Source: an uncultured archaeon (GTDB taxonomy: Archaea > Altiarchaeota > Altiarchaeia > JAFGQM01). From it: DNA of 64,000 nt. A model generated the notes under the pieces. It saw nothing but the letters and a program-made list of their open reading frames with translations. It had not been told where the DNA came from and did no database searches. The position numbers and the translations under genes were made by a program. The stretch covers positions 82,929 to 146,928 of the forward strand of contig CAZUDQ010000001.1 in NCBI GenBank assembly GCA_964619365.1. Reading direction: 5' to 3'. Below, in pieces: positions 39,201 through 48,299 of this stretch; the stretch's first letter is position 1, and every line of letters starts with the position of its first letter.

Positions 39201-41141
39201 TGTAGTACCATGGTCCGTTACTCCCTCGCCCGGGTTTGACGGGTCGTCAAACGGCAAATAAAGGACTAATCCATCTTCTAAAGTCAACGGCTGCACTGGC
39301 GCGCCACATATACCTATTTTATATATATAAGGGCCTCCTGCAGGGTCATTTATCGATAGTCCCCCACCGATTGCATTAACACTACCGCGGCATTGCAAGC
39401 GCGAGAATGAGGTCATACTAAGTATCGGGATATCATATTGCATGTTATATGGGTTAACATAAGACTCTTTCACACCGTCAATGTATATGGCTCCCCTATA
39501 CGCAGCTGGGCAACCACCATGTGCGCCTATGCGGTCTTTATCATGATGAGCTATTGTCAATTTGCCATCATTCATCAGGATAGAATCATGTCCGTCAACA
39601 CACGCCTCAAAGACAAAACATTCATCATCACCAACTGGAGTCACTGGCGTACATGAGTCTCCCTGCCAGAGTAGCCTTGGGTACTCCTGCTCGTTGCACG
39701 ATGCGTCCCATGGCGGGAAAGACCAGCTGTTGATTGGGTAATACGCGTAGTTCTTAAACACACTTGTCGTTGTCATCTTGTGGCATCCCTCGTTCCCCCC
39801 ATTATAGCAGTCATTTGGGGCATTTGTGTCAATATCCAACCAGTATGAATCCGCAATTGTCGTTCCAGCGTCTTTATTATAAGCTATACCTCCGGCCTTG
39901 AATGTACAAATAGTCGAACTGAACCTATTTTGGAATGTGGGTATTGCAAATGAACCCCGTATGCTCGAACCGCTCGCATCATATATCAGACCACCTACCC
40001 TGCATCCTTCTACAGTCCCTGTCACATAAGAGTTAATTACTGAGGAAGACTCATCTTCATAGATAAGGCCACCTGAATTCCAGCCAGTAACCTCCCCTGA
40101 GAAGTATGAGTTGGATATCGTTGAGCTGTAAGACTTATCGATAAATCCACCTGCATTGCTTGGACCGGTCACTGTCCCTGAAAAGTATGAGTCAGAAATC
40201 TGTGAGCTATGAGCCTCACCGATAATACCTCCAGTCTCTTCACCACTGACTGTTCCAGAATATGAGGATTCATATATTGTAGAGCTGCTGTCATAACCAA
40301 AGAAGCCACCTATTATCGTTGCACTTGCAGAACTGCTTGTAGACCCAGAAATCAAAACAGACGTTATGCTCGCGCCATTTGCGTTTCCGGCAAGGGCGCC
40401 GACGTATTCTTCTCCCTTAACTGATACGCTTTCTAAGAGAATATCTTTTACCTCGCCCTCCAAGAAAGCAAAGAGTCCGGCATTGTTGCCTGCTATATCC
40501 ACATTCAAGTTAGTTATAGAATTTCCATCCCCATCAAGAACTCCCTGGAACGGGTCAGCTTCTGTGCATAACGGCTGCCATGAAATTCCTGTAAGGTCAA
40601 TGTCCTGTATTATTAAATATGAGAAATTGGAAACTTCACAAATTGCTTGCAAATCTGTTGGCGTTTCTACTAAACAGGGTTCTGCGTACGTTCCATGACC
40701 ATCCATTCCTGCCGGGCAGGCTGTTGCACAATCATCGTCATCATAGTCTGTTAAATTGTCGCAATCGTTGTCAAGGCCGTCATCACATATCTCTACTACC
40801 GGAAAATTGATTGGTTCGCATGGGCCAACAAAAAGAGAGGTTGTGCATTTCTCTTCGCCTTGTGCACAAATTCCAAAAAGTCCAGTGTCACACTCAAAAG
40901 TTTCGCCAGGCGAACATTCCCTGCGGCTTGAATCTATGTGACAAGTCGTGTTGCATAGTCCCAAGTTTTCTGTCCGGTAAGCCTTATCAACTTGGCATTT
41001 TGAACAGTCTATATTCTCAGATGAGATGTTTTTTGCTTCTTCGCTTGAACTTTGGATGAATACAAAGACTGCTGTTATGACCCCGAGGACAACGACAATT
41101 ATGAGCAGGTACTCCAGTGATGTTTGAGCTTTATCTTTCAT
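36249..41141 (-). CDS. Class III signal-peptide giant adhesin: Cys-rich N-terminus, GLUG-like region, four LamG domains, three C-terminal repeats
   Basis: KDKA|QTSLEYLL; FQGVLDGDG/GLF/VGALAG GLUG-like beta-helix; four YLPF...WHH/WYH...F.G.(I/L)DE.R.YN-type LamG units. Confidence 0.85.
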   Translation of the reverse strand: MKDKAQTSLEYLLIIVVVLGVITAVFVFIQSSSEEAKNISSENIDCSKCQVDKAYRTENLGLCNTTCHIDSSRRECSPGETFECDTGLFGICAQGEEKCTTSLFVGPCEPINFPVVEICDDGLDNDCDNLTDYDDDDCATACPAGMDGHGTYAEPCLVETPTDLQAICEVSNFSYLIIQDIDLTGISWQPLCTEADPFQGVLDGDGNSITNLNVDIAGNNAGLFAFLEGEVKDILLESVSVKGEEYVGALAGNANGASITSVLISGSTSSSASATIIGGFFGYDSSSTIYESSYSGTVSGEETGGIIGEAHSSQISDSYFSGTVTGPSNAGGFIDKSYSSTISNSYFSGEVTGWNSGGLIYEDESSSVINSYVTGTVEGCRVGGLIYDASGSSIRGSFAIPTFQNRFSSTICTFKAGGIAYNKDAGTTIADSYWLDIDTNAPNDCYNGGNEGCHKMTTTSVFKNYAYYPINSWSFPPWDASCNEQEYPRLLWQGDSCTPVTPVGDDECFVFEACVDGHDSILMNDGKLTIAHHDKDRIGAHGGCPAAYRGAIYIDGVKESYVNPYNMQYDIPILSMTSFSRLQCRGSVNAIGGGLSINDPAGGPYIYKIGICGAPVQPLTLEDGLVLYLPFDDPSNPGEGVTDHGTTSTDGMCSYAREFDGSSYLSKSFSQPSVWTASVWVKTEALPAVASFVTFENNYAMDLQVLSTGAYRLQTAQSNWIDTPDTYSANTWHHVVYGYDGSDAFIYVDNEFAFSAPRAGAIGNSLEIGRRMGEYYFTGALDELRVYNRVLSETEIDELYYECKDSLSKNQVLYLPFNDPDDIKGDSVPSDFEGDITDYGTISTDGTCSYARAFDGGSDYIEISNTDEFDFGTGNFSYCFWFNQMASTTDQVAQLLSKRDENAGNFEAQIYNGVLTFLAGNDMNDIIPRTDADVEINTNRWYHLCFVRENEVANAYLDAIETASFASVGNINSESNLFIGRDPHHASGNLAEFFNGVIDEMRFWNKALTTSEIDELYDECKDSASKNTVIYLPFNNPDNVRTGVIPSALAGAVSNHWSSSAYGTCSYGREFNGVDNYIELENEFTFSKEGAASISLWMKADSGESDGTLISFRDGDNGRTVLDIGIGFDGSGASTPPNKIGILVRGDDNELAQEFGASSSFDINDGLWHHIVGIVDLKNSVVKLFIDGSLEDTNTGNINGDITGKLNSIGAELYWNLFESITEDRTFFEGMIDEVRVYDYELSESEIDELYEECRYGASDNLVAYLPFNDPDDLNEGVIPDNLAGTFTNQGTTATEGVCDYAREFDGSDYIHKDTFNSVPSSKLGICSWVKTTSNGVIVQQGRSPGDANSEYVFRVYNHRLNFWDYDNAYGFGFTQTSNTALDDGNWHYVCFVKNGQEGTYYLDGNSDGTVTASKDCSYSPNDFVIGNDFRDNTQYFNGAIDELKIYNYELSEDDIKDLYGECMDSSYDCQLCRRYADVNGRDTAPWSCVNFNNISLLTNFAGNVNGDDDFDLKVSCVSPQMQNDCQLCRRYADVNGRDTAPWSCVNFDDTPLLTDFVGDVNYDDDFDLKVSCVSPQMQNDCQLCRRYADVNGRDTAPWDCVNFDDTPLLTDFVGDVNHDDDFDLKVVCN
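36252..36738 (-). repeat. Three near-identical 168-bp (56-aa) tandem repeats
   Basis: ggcagtca at 36395, 36563 and 36731; unit DCQLCRRYADVNGRDTAPW.CVNF...DDDFDLKV. Confidence 0.92.
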
Positions 41142-41160
41142 TTATTTTTCGTTATGGCAT

Positions 41161-41478
41161 TTAGGGCATAGGAACTTCCCAATTACCGCTATCTCCGTCG
41201 CAATTTAGGATTATTTCTTCTCCTGAATGGATTATTGTCTTTGTGTCGCCACTCTCACAAATTCCAGCATCGTTTGGGTCAAGGTCGCATTCGTATAACT
41301 CACCTGGCGTACATTTTTCCGGGCTTGTCTGGCAGGATATGCACGATTTTGAGCTTATTGCCTGCTGAGATATTTGCTTTGTTGAGCCCTGCTGGAAAGT
41401 GAGAATTGCAATAACGACAATTAGCGCGATTACAGAAACTAGCATATATTCTAGTGCAGTCTGACCTTTTTGGTTCAT
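41161..41478 (-). CDS. Small class III signal-peptide pilin-like protein
   Basis: QKG|QTALEYMLV followed by a hydrophobic helix and a Cys-rich head. Confidence 0.82.
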   Translation of the reverse strand: MNQKGQTALEYMLVSVIALIVVIAILTFQQGSTKQISQQAISSKSCISCQTSPEKCTPGELYECDLDPNDAGICESGDTKTIIHSGEEIILNCDGDSGNWEVPMP

Positions 41479-41516
41479 AATTTAATGATTAATTAATACC
41501 CTAATGTTAAAAAGAT

Positions 41517-42047
41517 ATGAGGCTTTTTGTAGCAATTAGTATTCCGGATGAGATAAGAAAGAGACTTTGCACGATTGAACTACCCCGTTCTGGCAGTATA
41601 AAGCCTGTTTCAGAGGAAAATCTGCATCTGACTCTTAAATTCCTTGGTGAATACGACGCATCTACAGTAAAGAAACAAATATCGGATGTCCGAGGGGTGG
41701 CACCATTTAAGGTGAAAATAGAGGGTCTGGGGCTTTTTCCGAATATTTCACGGGCAAGGGTGCTTTGGGCAGGAATCTCAGACGGGGAGACCGAAATAAT
41801 GGGTTTGCACGACAAAATCGAAGAAACCCTCCGCGATTTTCCGGGGGATGATAAATTCTCGTCACATGCGACAATTGCAAGGATGAAATGCCCTCCTGAA
41901 AAAGAGCTTCTTGATGACTTGTTGGGGCGTTATGAGAAAACTATTTTTGGCGAGTTTGAAGTATCTTCCTTTGAACTCATGGCAAGCGAGCTTTCCGCTT
42001 CAGGTCCAAAATACTCGGTTGTAAAGTCTTATGATTTAATAAAATAG
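41517..42047 (+). CDS. thpR: RNA 2',3'-cyclic phosphodiesterase (2H family, LigT-like)
   Basis: MRLFVAI, HLTLKFLG, RVLWAG, HATIAR. Confidence 0.92.
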   Translation: MRLFVAISIPDEIRKRLCTIELPRSGSIKPVSEENLHLTLKFLGEYDASTVKKQISDVRGVAPFKVKIEGLGLFPNISRARVLWAGISDGETEIMGLHDKIEETLRDFPGDDKFSSHATIARMKCPPEKELLDDLLGRYEKTIFGEFEVSSFELMASELSASGPKYSVVKSYDLIK

Positions 42048-42073
42048 CCCGGCAAAGTCTTGCGGTTAATAAA

Positions 42074-43171
42074 ATGTTTGGGGGACTAAAAAAGCTCTTT
42101 AAGAAGGCTGAGGATGAAGCCTTAGAAAAAGTAGAAGAGAAGATAGAGGAACTTCCAGAGGAAGAAATTGTTGAGGAAGAGTTAGAAGTAGAAACTCCCC
42201 TTCCTGAAAAAGAGCCTGAAGACCTCGCCTTGCGAAAAAGTATTGATGCGACAGAGGAATTCACGCGTGATGCCGATTCGCGCGTTGAAAAGAAAGTCAA
42301 AATCGGATTTAGGTCCAAACTCAAAACAAGCCTTGGCGCAAGCGCAAAGCTCTCAGAGTCAGAAATTGAAGATATCACGTGGAACCTTCAGATGGGACTT
42401 CTTTCAAGCGACGTTGCATTGGAAGTCGCTGAGGTGATAACAGAAAGGCTAAAAGAAAGGCTTGGAAGCGAGTCTTTCAAAGATCCAAAAGGTCAGATTA
42501 GGCAGATATTTAAGGAGACTCTTGTTGAGATACTTGAATCTGGGGGCAAACTTGACTTTATGGATTTTATCAAATCACAGGATAAGCCTGTAAAGATAGT
42601 ATTTTTCGGAATAAACGGTTCTGGAAAGACGACAACTATTTCAAAAATCATAAAGATGCTTCAGGATTCGGGAATGAGTGTTGTTGTTGCGGCAGGCGAT
42701 ACTTTCCGAGCCGGCGCGCAAGAGCAGCTTGGCGAGCACGCAAAAAGGCATGATGTAAAAATGATTCACCATCAGCGCGGGGGCGACGCCGCGGCCGTTG
42801 TCTTTGATGCAATAGAGCACGCAAAAGCCCAGGGAATTGACGTGATGCTTGCCGACACGTCAGGTAGAATGCAATCAGATTCAGACCTTATGGGGGAAAT
42901 GGAAAAGATAGTAAGAGTCAACCAGCCAGACTTAAAAGTGTTTGTGGGTGATGCCCTTTGTGGAAATGATGCTGTTGACCAAGGTCGTGAATTTTCAGAT
43001 AAGATTGGAATTGATGCCTGCATACTCACAAAGTGTGATGCTTCTAGGGGTGGAGCTGCGCTGTCTGTAAGCTATATAACAAAAAAACCCATAATATTTC
43101 TGGGAATGGGGCAGGGTTATGACGACCTTGAGATTTTTGATGCAAAATCCTTTGTTGACAGAGTAATCTAG
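42074..43171 (+). CDS. ftsY: Signal recognition particle receptor FtsY
   Basis: GINGSGKTTT, DTFRAGA, DTSGR, TKCD; acidic N-terminus. Confidence 0.95.
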   Translation: MFGGLKKLFKKAEDEALEKVEEKIEELPEEEIVEEELEVETPLPEKEPEDLALRKSIDATEEFTRDADSRVEKKVKIGFRSKLKTSLGASAKLSESEIEDITWNLQMGLLSSDVALEVAEVITERLKERLGSESFKDPKGQIRQIFKETLVEILESGGKLDFMDFIKSQDKPVKIVFFGINGSGKTTTISKIIKMLQDSGMSVVVAAGDTFRAGAQEQLGEHAKRHDVKMIHHQRGGDAAAVVFDAIEHAKAQGIDVMLADTSGRMQSDSDLMGEMEKIVRVNQPDLKVFVGDALCGNDAVDQGREFSDKIGIDACILTKCDASRGGAALSVSYITKKPIIFLGMGQGYDDLEIFDAKSFVDRVI

Positions 43172-43206
43172 AATTTTGCCGGTTTTAAGGGCAAAAACAA
43201 GAGACC

Positions 43207-43214
43207 TTTTTATA
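43207..43214 (+). promoter_or_regulatory. Putative archaeal TATA box for rpl37e (probably a leaderless transcript)
   Basis: TTTTTATA about 24 nt upstream of the ATG at 43238; no SD motif. Confidence 0.35.
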
Positions 43215-43237
43215 TTACACTACTCAAATTACCCGCA

Positions 43238-43408
43238 ATGACTGAAGCTCCAGAACAAAGGAAGCCAAGAAAGACGCACGGGCACAAAGTCTGTGCACGC
43301 TGTGGCGAGAAGAGTTATCATGTCGGCAAGAAGAAATGCGCTTCTTGCGGATACGGACAAACTTCACGGAGGAATGACACCTCCCCAAGATGCAAGCGAA
43401 AGAGCTAG
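43238..43408 (+). CDS. rpl37e: 50S ribosomal protein L37e (56 aa, absent from the ORF track)
   Basis: Manual translation MTEAPEQRKPRKTHGHKVCARCGEKSYHVGKKKCASCGYG... contains the CxRCG..SYH....C..CG.G zinc finger. Confidence 0.88.
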   Translation: MTEAPEQRKPRKTHGHKVCARCGEKSYHVGKKKCASCGYGQTSRRNDTSPRCKRKS

Positions 43409-43493
43409 GCTTTTACTTCTAAGTTCTTACAAGGAGAAATTCTCCAGGCACCCGCTTATAAGTATAAGTAGCAATAGCTGTATAATTTAAGAT

Positions 43494-44129
43494 ATGGAAA
43501 GAGCGCCCGTACCCATGCCAAAAGTCAGTCCGCAAAGGCCGCAGACCCTCCGAAGACCCAGCCCTTGGAAATATCCACAGGAAGAACCCACGATATCCTT
43601 TAGCTATGTTGAAATAGCATCTGTTCTTATCTCAATACTAACTGTAATATTCGCTTTTTCAGTATTTGGAATAAGCGACTCTGGCCTAATCCTTGGAGTT
43701 GCCCTTGGTTTTGCTGTGCATGAAATTGCCCACAAGCTTGTTGCCCAAAAGATGGGCTTTAAGTCTACATATAAAATCTGGCTGATTGGTCTTGTCCTTG
43801 TTCTTGCTATGGCACTGATAACAAAGGGGAAATTCATATTTGCGGCGCCGGGTTATGTTGTTACTTACGGTCCAGCCACAGTCGCTGACATCGGCAAGAT
43901 ATCTCTTGCGGCACCTCTTGCAAACCTTGCCCTTGCAGGAGTGTTTATATTGCTTGGAGGTTCCTTTTGGCTTGCGGGGGCCTATATCAACATACTTCTT
44001 GCAGTATTCAATTTGCTCCCTATTCCCCCACTTGACGGAAAGAAAGTAATAGACTGGAGTAAAGGTGCCTGGGGCGCGTCGTTCTTATGCTCGGTTCTAG
44101 CGGGCCTTTATCTTTTCTCGCTTGTTTAA
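43494..44129 (+). CDS. Site-2 (M50) membrane metalloprotease
   Basis: [20 protein letters not shown]. Confidence 0.92.
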   Translation: MERAPVPMPKVSPQRPQTLRRPSPWKYPQEEPTISFSYVEIASVLISILTVIFAFSVFGISDSGLILGVALGFAVHEIAHKLVAQKMGFKSTYKIWLIGLVLVLAMALITKGKFIFAAPGYVVTYGPATVADIGKISLAAPLANLALAGVFILLGGSFWLAGAYINILLAVFNLLPIPPLDGKKVIDWSKGAWGASFLCSVLAGLYLFSLV

Positions 44130-44668
44130 GCCATAAGACCCGAAAAGAACTTGTTTAGTTCACGTACTCTTTTTGCAGGCTCGCTTCTTTTTCCGTGTTT
44201 TTTCTCAAAATCTACCTGAGCCCAAGACGCATCCATCAAAGTATCATCATCGACAAGATTGTCTGAATAAGCTATTATTTTCTCTTCTATTGTTTTTGGA
44301 ACATATCGCCCCGGAGGAAGTCCCATTTTTTCAGCTTCTTGTTCTGATATTCCTGCGCCAAGATGCCTTTCGCATATTCTTGCTATCTTCTCAAAATTAA
44401 CGTCATCTGGACCTCCATTTTTCATTGAGCGCATTATTTCGGCACCCACGATACCGTGGTCTATGCCATGGGACTTAGCTCTTCCAATATCATGGAGGAG
44501 CGCGCCAGCTTTAACTAGTGTCAGATTGATTTTGAGGCTGGGATTTGTCTTCTTTATCTTTGAGACGGTCTTTAGACAGGATTTCAAAACTGCCTCCGAA
44601 TGTGCCATGACTTCTGGGCAGGCTCCTTGCTCCAAAAGAAGTTTTCTGCCTGATTTTTCATCAAGCAT
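44126..44668 (-). CDS. HD-domain (HDIG) phosphohydrolase
   Basis: [31 protein letters not shown]. Confidence 0.9.
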   Translation of the reverse strand: MLDEKSGRKLLLEQGACPEVMAHSEAVLKSCLKTVSKIKKTNPSLKINLTLVKAGALLHDIGRAKSHGIDHGIVGAEIMRSMKNGGPDDVNFEKIARICERHLGAGISEQEAEKMGLPPGRYVPKTIEEKIIAYSDNLVDDDTLMDASWAQVDFEKKHGKRSEPAKRVRELNKFFSGLMA

Positions 44669-45191
44669 TTTGAAGGCGAGAAGGTAAAGGGCCTATCAGC
44701 TCAAGCATTGCTTTTATTTCCTCCATCTCTTTTTTTATCTCGCGCCCTTCTGCTATCGGATCTACAGGTTTAAGCATGGCATTGCATTTCTGGCAGCGGA
44801 AATTGTTGTCGTATGCTTCAGTAAATGTTATCCTCTCACACTCATTCTCACACTTGAAGAAAGTAGAATCGGATATCTCCTGGAGCTCGCGCCTGAGGCG
44901 CATGAGTTTAGATGTTGCATGGTTTATGGTGCTTGGATGTATGTGCTCTTCGCAAAGAACCCATGTGTATTTGAACCAGCCTTTTTCTGCATCGCGGTCT
45001 GAGTCATAAGAAACGATGTTGTGTTTATGGAGTAAATTTAATGTGGCGCGCACGCGGGTTATCGGAATTTGTGTTCGTTCCTGAATCATAAGATCTGTTG
45101 AAGGTGCTGAAAGGGATCTAATCACCTTTATTCCTTCATTGCCCACCATCTCATAAAGTATGAGAGAGATGGTTTCGTCTCTTGCCCCCAT
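44661..45191 (-). CDS. tfe: Transcription factor E (TFE)
   Basis: Winged helix ending in GWFKYTW; F.C...C..ITF.EA....F.C..C zinc ribbon; lies in the trm56-tfe-HD cluster. Confidence 0.85.
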   Translation of the reverse strand: MGARDETISLILYEMVGNEGIKVIRSLSAPSTDLMIQERTQIPITRVRATLNLLHKHNIVSYDSDRDAEKGWFKYTWVLCEEHIHPSTINHATSKLMRLRRELQEISDSTFFKCENECERITFTEAYDNNFRCQKCNAMLKPVDPIAEGREIKKEMEEIKAMLELIGPLPSRLQNA

Positions 45192-45274
45192 AGTGTTATT
45201 AGTTTGAAGGACACTACTTAAAAATAGGGGAAGTGGGGCTATTATTTTTCTATTCCTCTTTTTAGAAAATAAGC

Positions 45275-45811
45275 CTACGGTGTGAGTATATCCTTGCCTT
45301 GTTGGCAAGGCTTTATTGCAATTTTAGCGTCCGGGAAATCCTTGTCAAATTCCAAACCGTTTTGGAGCCTGTCAAGAAAGACTGCAAGTGCCGAAATCTC
45401 AGAATGCGGTTGTGATGTGACGGCAACATTAAAGTCAGAGGATTCATACACTTCAAAGGGCACTTTTTCGCCCCCGACAACGATTAAAACCTTGCCGTCT
45501 GGACCCGCCTTTTTTGCGACTTTTGGGGCGGTTTCCCGCACTGGCATGCCATACATTGTCAGGTGGGCAATAACCCATCCGTTTTCTTTATATTCCTTTA
45601 ATGTAGAGCGCCAAGACTTGACAAACTCTGCTGAAAAATCCCCACCCCATCGTTCTACAATTTTCATTAAAGATTCTGCAAGGTGGGGGTCACGCTGCCC
45701 TCCAATAAGTATTTTTTCTGCGCCAAATGCACGACCCACGAGACCTAGATGTGTTGTCACGCGCTTGTCGCGCTCTGCTCGGTGCGAAAGACGCAATATA
45801 TGAATTTCCAT
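45275..45811 (-). CDS. trm56: tRNA (cytidine56-2'-O)-methyltransferase aTrm56
   Basis: LRLSHRAERDKRVTTH, HLTMYG, GGEKVP, QPHSE. Confidence 0.95.
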   Translation of the reverse strand: MEIHILRLSHRAERDKRVTTHLGLVGRAFGAEKILIGGQRDPHLAESLMKIVERWGGDFSAEFVKSWRSTLKEYKENGWVIAHLTMYGMPVRETAPKVAKKAGPDGKVLIVVGGEKVPFEVYESSDFNVAVTSQPHSEISALAVFLDRLQNGLEFDKDFPDAKIAIKPCQQGKDILTP

Positions 45812-45904
45812 TATGTCCGGGATTTATTCCTGTTTAGCTTCCTTTTTTGTGCTTTTATAATAAAAACGGCAATATAAGAGGCTTTTAGGGGTCAAGATAA
45901 AGAA

Positions 45905-47131
45905 ATGGCACGAATTGTAGTAAAATTCGGAGGCACGTCCGTTGGAAACGGAGAGAAGGTGCGAAATGCTGCGCGAAGCATTGTTAAGGAAGCAGAGCGC
46001 GGAAATGAACTTATCGTTGTAACATCAGCCATGGGTAAGACCACTAACGGTCTTCTCGAGGCTCTTACCCTTTCTACTGAAGGAAAGTTCACAGCACAAC
46101 AGAAAGACGAGGTGGCTGCAATGGGGGAGCGCACGGCAGTGCGCGTTCTTGCATCATCAATAGAGTCGCTTGGAAAGAAGGCGAAGTTCATAGACCCCTC
46201 CTCAGACGAGTGGCCAACAAGGACAGATTCAAAATTCACAAACGCAAATATCGATATTGACGCAACAAAAGCGGTATGTAAAGAGAAGATTGAGCCGCTG
46301 ATTAAGGAAGGAATAATCCCTGTAGTTTGTGGCTTCCTTGGCACTGATGATGAAGGTAACATAACTACAATAGGACGCGGAGGCAGTGATACAACGGCAG
46401 TAATGCTTGGGAACTGTCTTGATGCTGATGTAGTCATAATAGTTACTGATGTTGATGGAGTCTATTCAGGCGACCCGCGTGTCGTTGACGACGCCGAGCT
46501 TGTGCCAGAAATCGATGTCTCGGTCCTTTGGGATCTTGCGATTGCAGGAGCAAAGGTAATGAAATGGGACTCTCTTCTCTACAAGGGAGACAAATGCACT
46601 CTAAAAATTGTTAACAACCGCCATATGGACCTTTCGGCCGATGGTACGGAGATAAAAGGAGAATTTATGGAAGTATCTGTTTCAAAAATGGAAAAAGCTC
46701 TTGGCAGTGTTACTGTTGCGGGCAAGGAAATAATAGATTACCCCGGGCTTCTTGCAAAGACTAGCGAGATACTTGGCGACCTTGGAATAAACATCTGGGG
46801 GATAACTGTGGCTCCCGACTCAATGAGCTATTTCATTCTTGAAGACAAGATTGAAGAAGCGACAAAGGAGCTTCATGAGTTTGTCCTAAAGGATGAGCAT
46901 GCAATCTCAGTAGCTGGCGCAAAAGAAATTGGCTTGGCTTATGTTACAAGCCCCGATTTTCTTGACGAGCCTGGCGCCCTTGGAGAAATCACGGGAGCAA
47001 TTGCTGAGGCTGGAATAAACATCAAGGAGATAACGACGTCAAAAAGCCAGATTATGGTATTTGTCGACTACGCTAACCTTGATGCAGTCTATGAGATTCT
47101 CAAGCTTATGTTTGAGAAAAGTAAAAAATAA
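45905..47131 (+). CDS. lysC: Aspartate kinase
   Basis: KFGGTS, SAMG, GRGGSD, TDVDG...DP; ACT domains; upstream of asd. Confidence 0.93.
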   Translation: MARIVVKFGGTSVGNGEKVRNAARSIVKEAERGNELIVVTSAMGKTTNGLLEALTLSTEGKFTAQQKDEVAAMGERTAVRVLASSIESLGKKAKFIDPSSDEWPTRTDSKFTNANIDIDATKAVCKEKIEPLIKEGIIPVVCGFLGTDDEGNITTIGRGGSDTTAVMLGNCLDADVVIIVTDVDGVYSGDPRVVDDAELVPEIDVSVLWDLAIAGAKVMKWDSLLYKGDKCTLKIVNNRHMDLSADGTEIKGEFMEVSVSKMEKALGSVTVAGKEIIDYPGLLAKTSEILGDLGINIWGITVAPDSMSYFILEDKIEEATKELHEFVLKDEHAISVAGAKEIGLAYVTSPDFLDEPGALGEITGAIAEAGINIKEITTSKSQIMVFVDYANLDAVYEILKLMFEKSKK

Positions 47132-47148
47132 TTTATTTTCTTTTTTTA
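47132..47148 (+). terminator. Oligo-T tract after lysC, possible archaeal intrinsic terminator
   Basis: tttattttcttttttt immediately after the stop codon. Confidence 0.35.
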
Positions 47149-47197
47149 TGATTTGGGTATTTCCCTAAAATCAATAAAAATTAGCTAAAACGCCAAA

Positions 47198-48265
47198 ATG
47201 GATAAGTTAAAAGTCGGTGTCCTCGCGGGGACTGGAATGGTAGGTCAGAAGTATATAACTTTGCTTCAGGACCACCCCTGGTTTGAGGTCACATTCGTCT
47301 CCGCGAGCCCCAGAAGTGCGGGGAAAAAATACGCGGAGGCCGTTTCCGGTCGCTGGCATATGCAAGAAGACATCCCTGAAAATGTCAGGGACATTGTAGT
47401 AGAAGATGCAGCAGACCTAGCCAAAGCTAAAGATTGCGATTTTCTCTTCTCTGCCCTTGGTTCGGGGCCTGCTAAAGAGCTTGAGCACAAATACGCAGAG
47501 ATGGGAATCCCTGTTGTATCAAACGCGAGTGCGCACAGGCACACTCCAGATGTTCCTATGATAATCCCTGAAGTAAATCCAGAACATGCAGACATCATTC
47601 CGATTCAGCAGAAGAACCGCGGCTGGGATAATGGCTTTATTGCAGTTAAGCCAAACTGCTCGCTTCAAAGTTACATGACCCCACTTTTTGCCTTGGGCAA
47701 GGAATTTGGGTTAAAGAAGGTCATCATAACTACCCTTCAGGCAGTTTCAGGTGCAGGTTACCCTGGTGTTGCCTCGTGGGACGCAATTGATAACATAGTT
47801 CCTTACATCGGTGGCGAAGAGGAAAAAAGCGAGCGTGAACCGCTAAAGATACTCGGTAAGGTTGATGGGGATAAAATCTCATATGCACAAGGTATTGATA
47901 TTTCTGCTCACTGTAACCGTGTTCCTGTCCTTGACGGGCACACGGCGTGCGTTTCAGTTGAGTTTGAGAACTCGCCTTCAAAAGAAGAGATACTTTCAAT
48001 CTGGAAGGGTTTTAGGGGAGAACCGCAGAACTTAAAGCTTCCGTTTGCGCCAAGCCAGCCGATAATCTATCGCGAGGAAGAAAACAGGCCTCAGCCGCGC
48101 CTTGACCGTGATACTGATAAGGGTATGGCAGTAACTGTCGGACGCCTGCGCGAGTGTAATGTCTTTGACTGGCGCTTTGTGGGCCTTTCCCACAACATAA
48201 TTAGAGGTGCTGCTGGCGGAGGAATTCTTAACGCAGAGCTTCTAAAGGCAAAGGGTTACCTCTAA
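47198..48265 (+). CDS. asd: Aspartate-semialdehyde dehydrogenase
   Basis: TGMVGQ, PEVN, KPNCS, QAVSGAG, RVPVLDGH, HNIIRGAAG. Confidence 0.95.
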   Translation: MDKLKVGVLAGTGMVGQKYITLLQDHPWFEVTFVSASPRSAGKKYAEAVSGRWHMQEDIPENVRDIVVEDAADLAKAKDCDFLFSALGSGPAKELEHKYAEMGIPVVSNASAHRHTPDVPMIIPEVNPEHADIIPIQQKNRGWDNGFIAVKPNCSLQSYMTPLFALGKEFGLKKVIITTLQAVSGAGYPGVASWDAIDNIVPYIGGEEEKSEREPLKILGKVDGDKISYAQGIDISAHCNRVPVLDGHTACVSVEFENSPSKEEILSIWKGFRGEPQNLKLPFAPSQPIIYREEENRPQPRLDRDTDKGMAVTVGRLRECNVFDWRFVGLSHNIIRGAAGGGILNAELLKAKGYL

Positions 48266-48299
48266 GCCTTCTTTTCTTTATTTTTACTTTTTTATAAAA

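Noticed and set aside
43293-43490. 65-aa ORF in the track
   Set aside because: It is an out-of-frame shadow of rpl37e (43238-43408)
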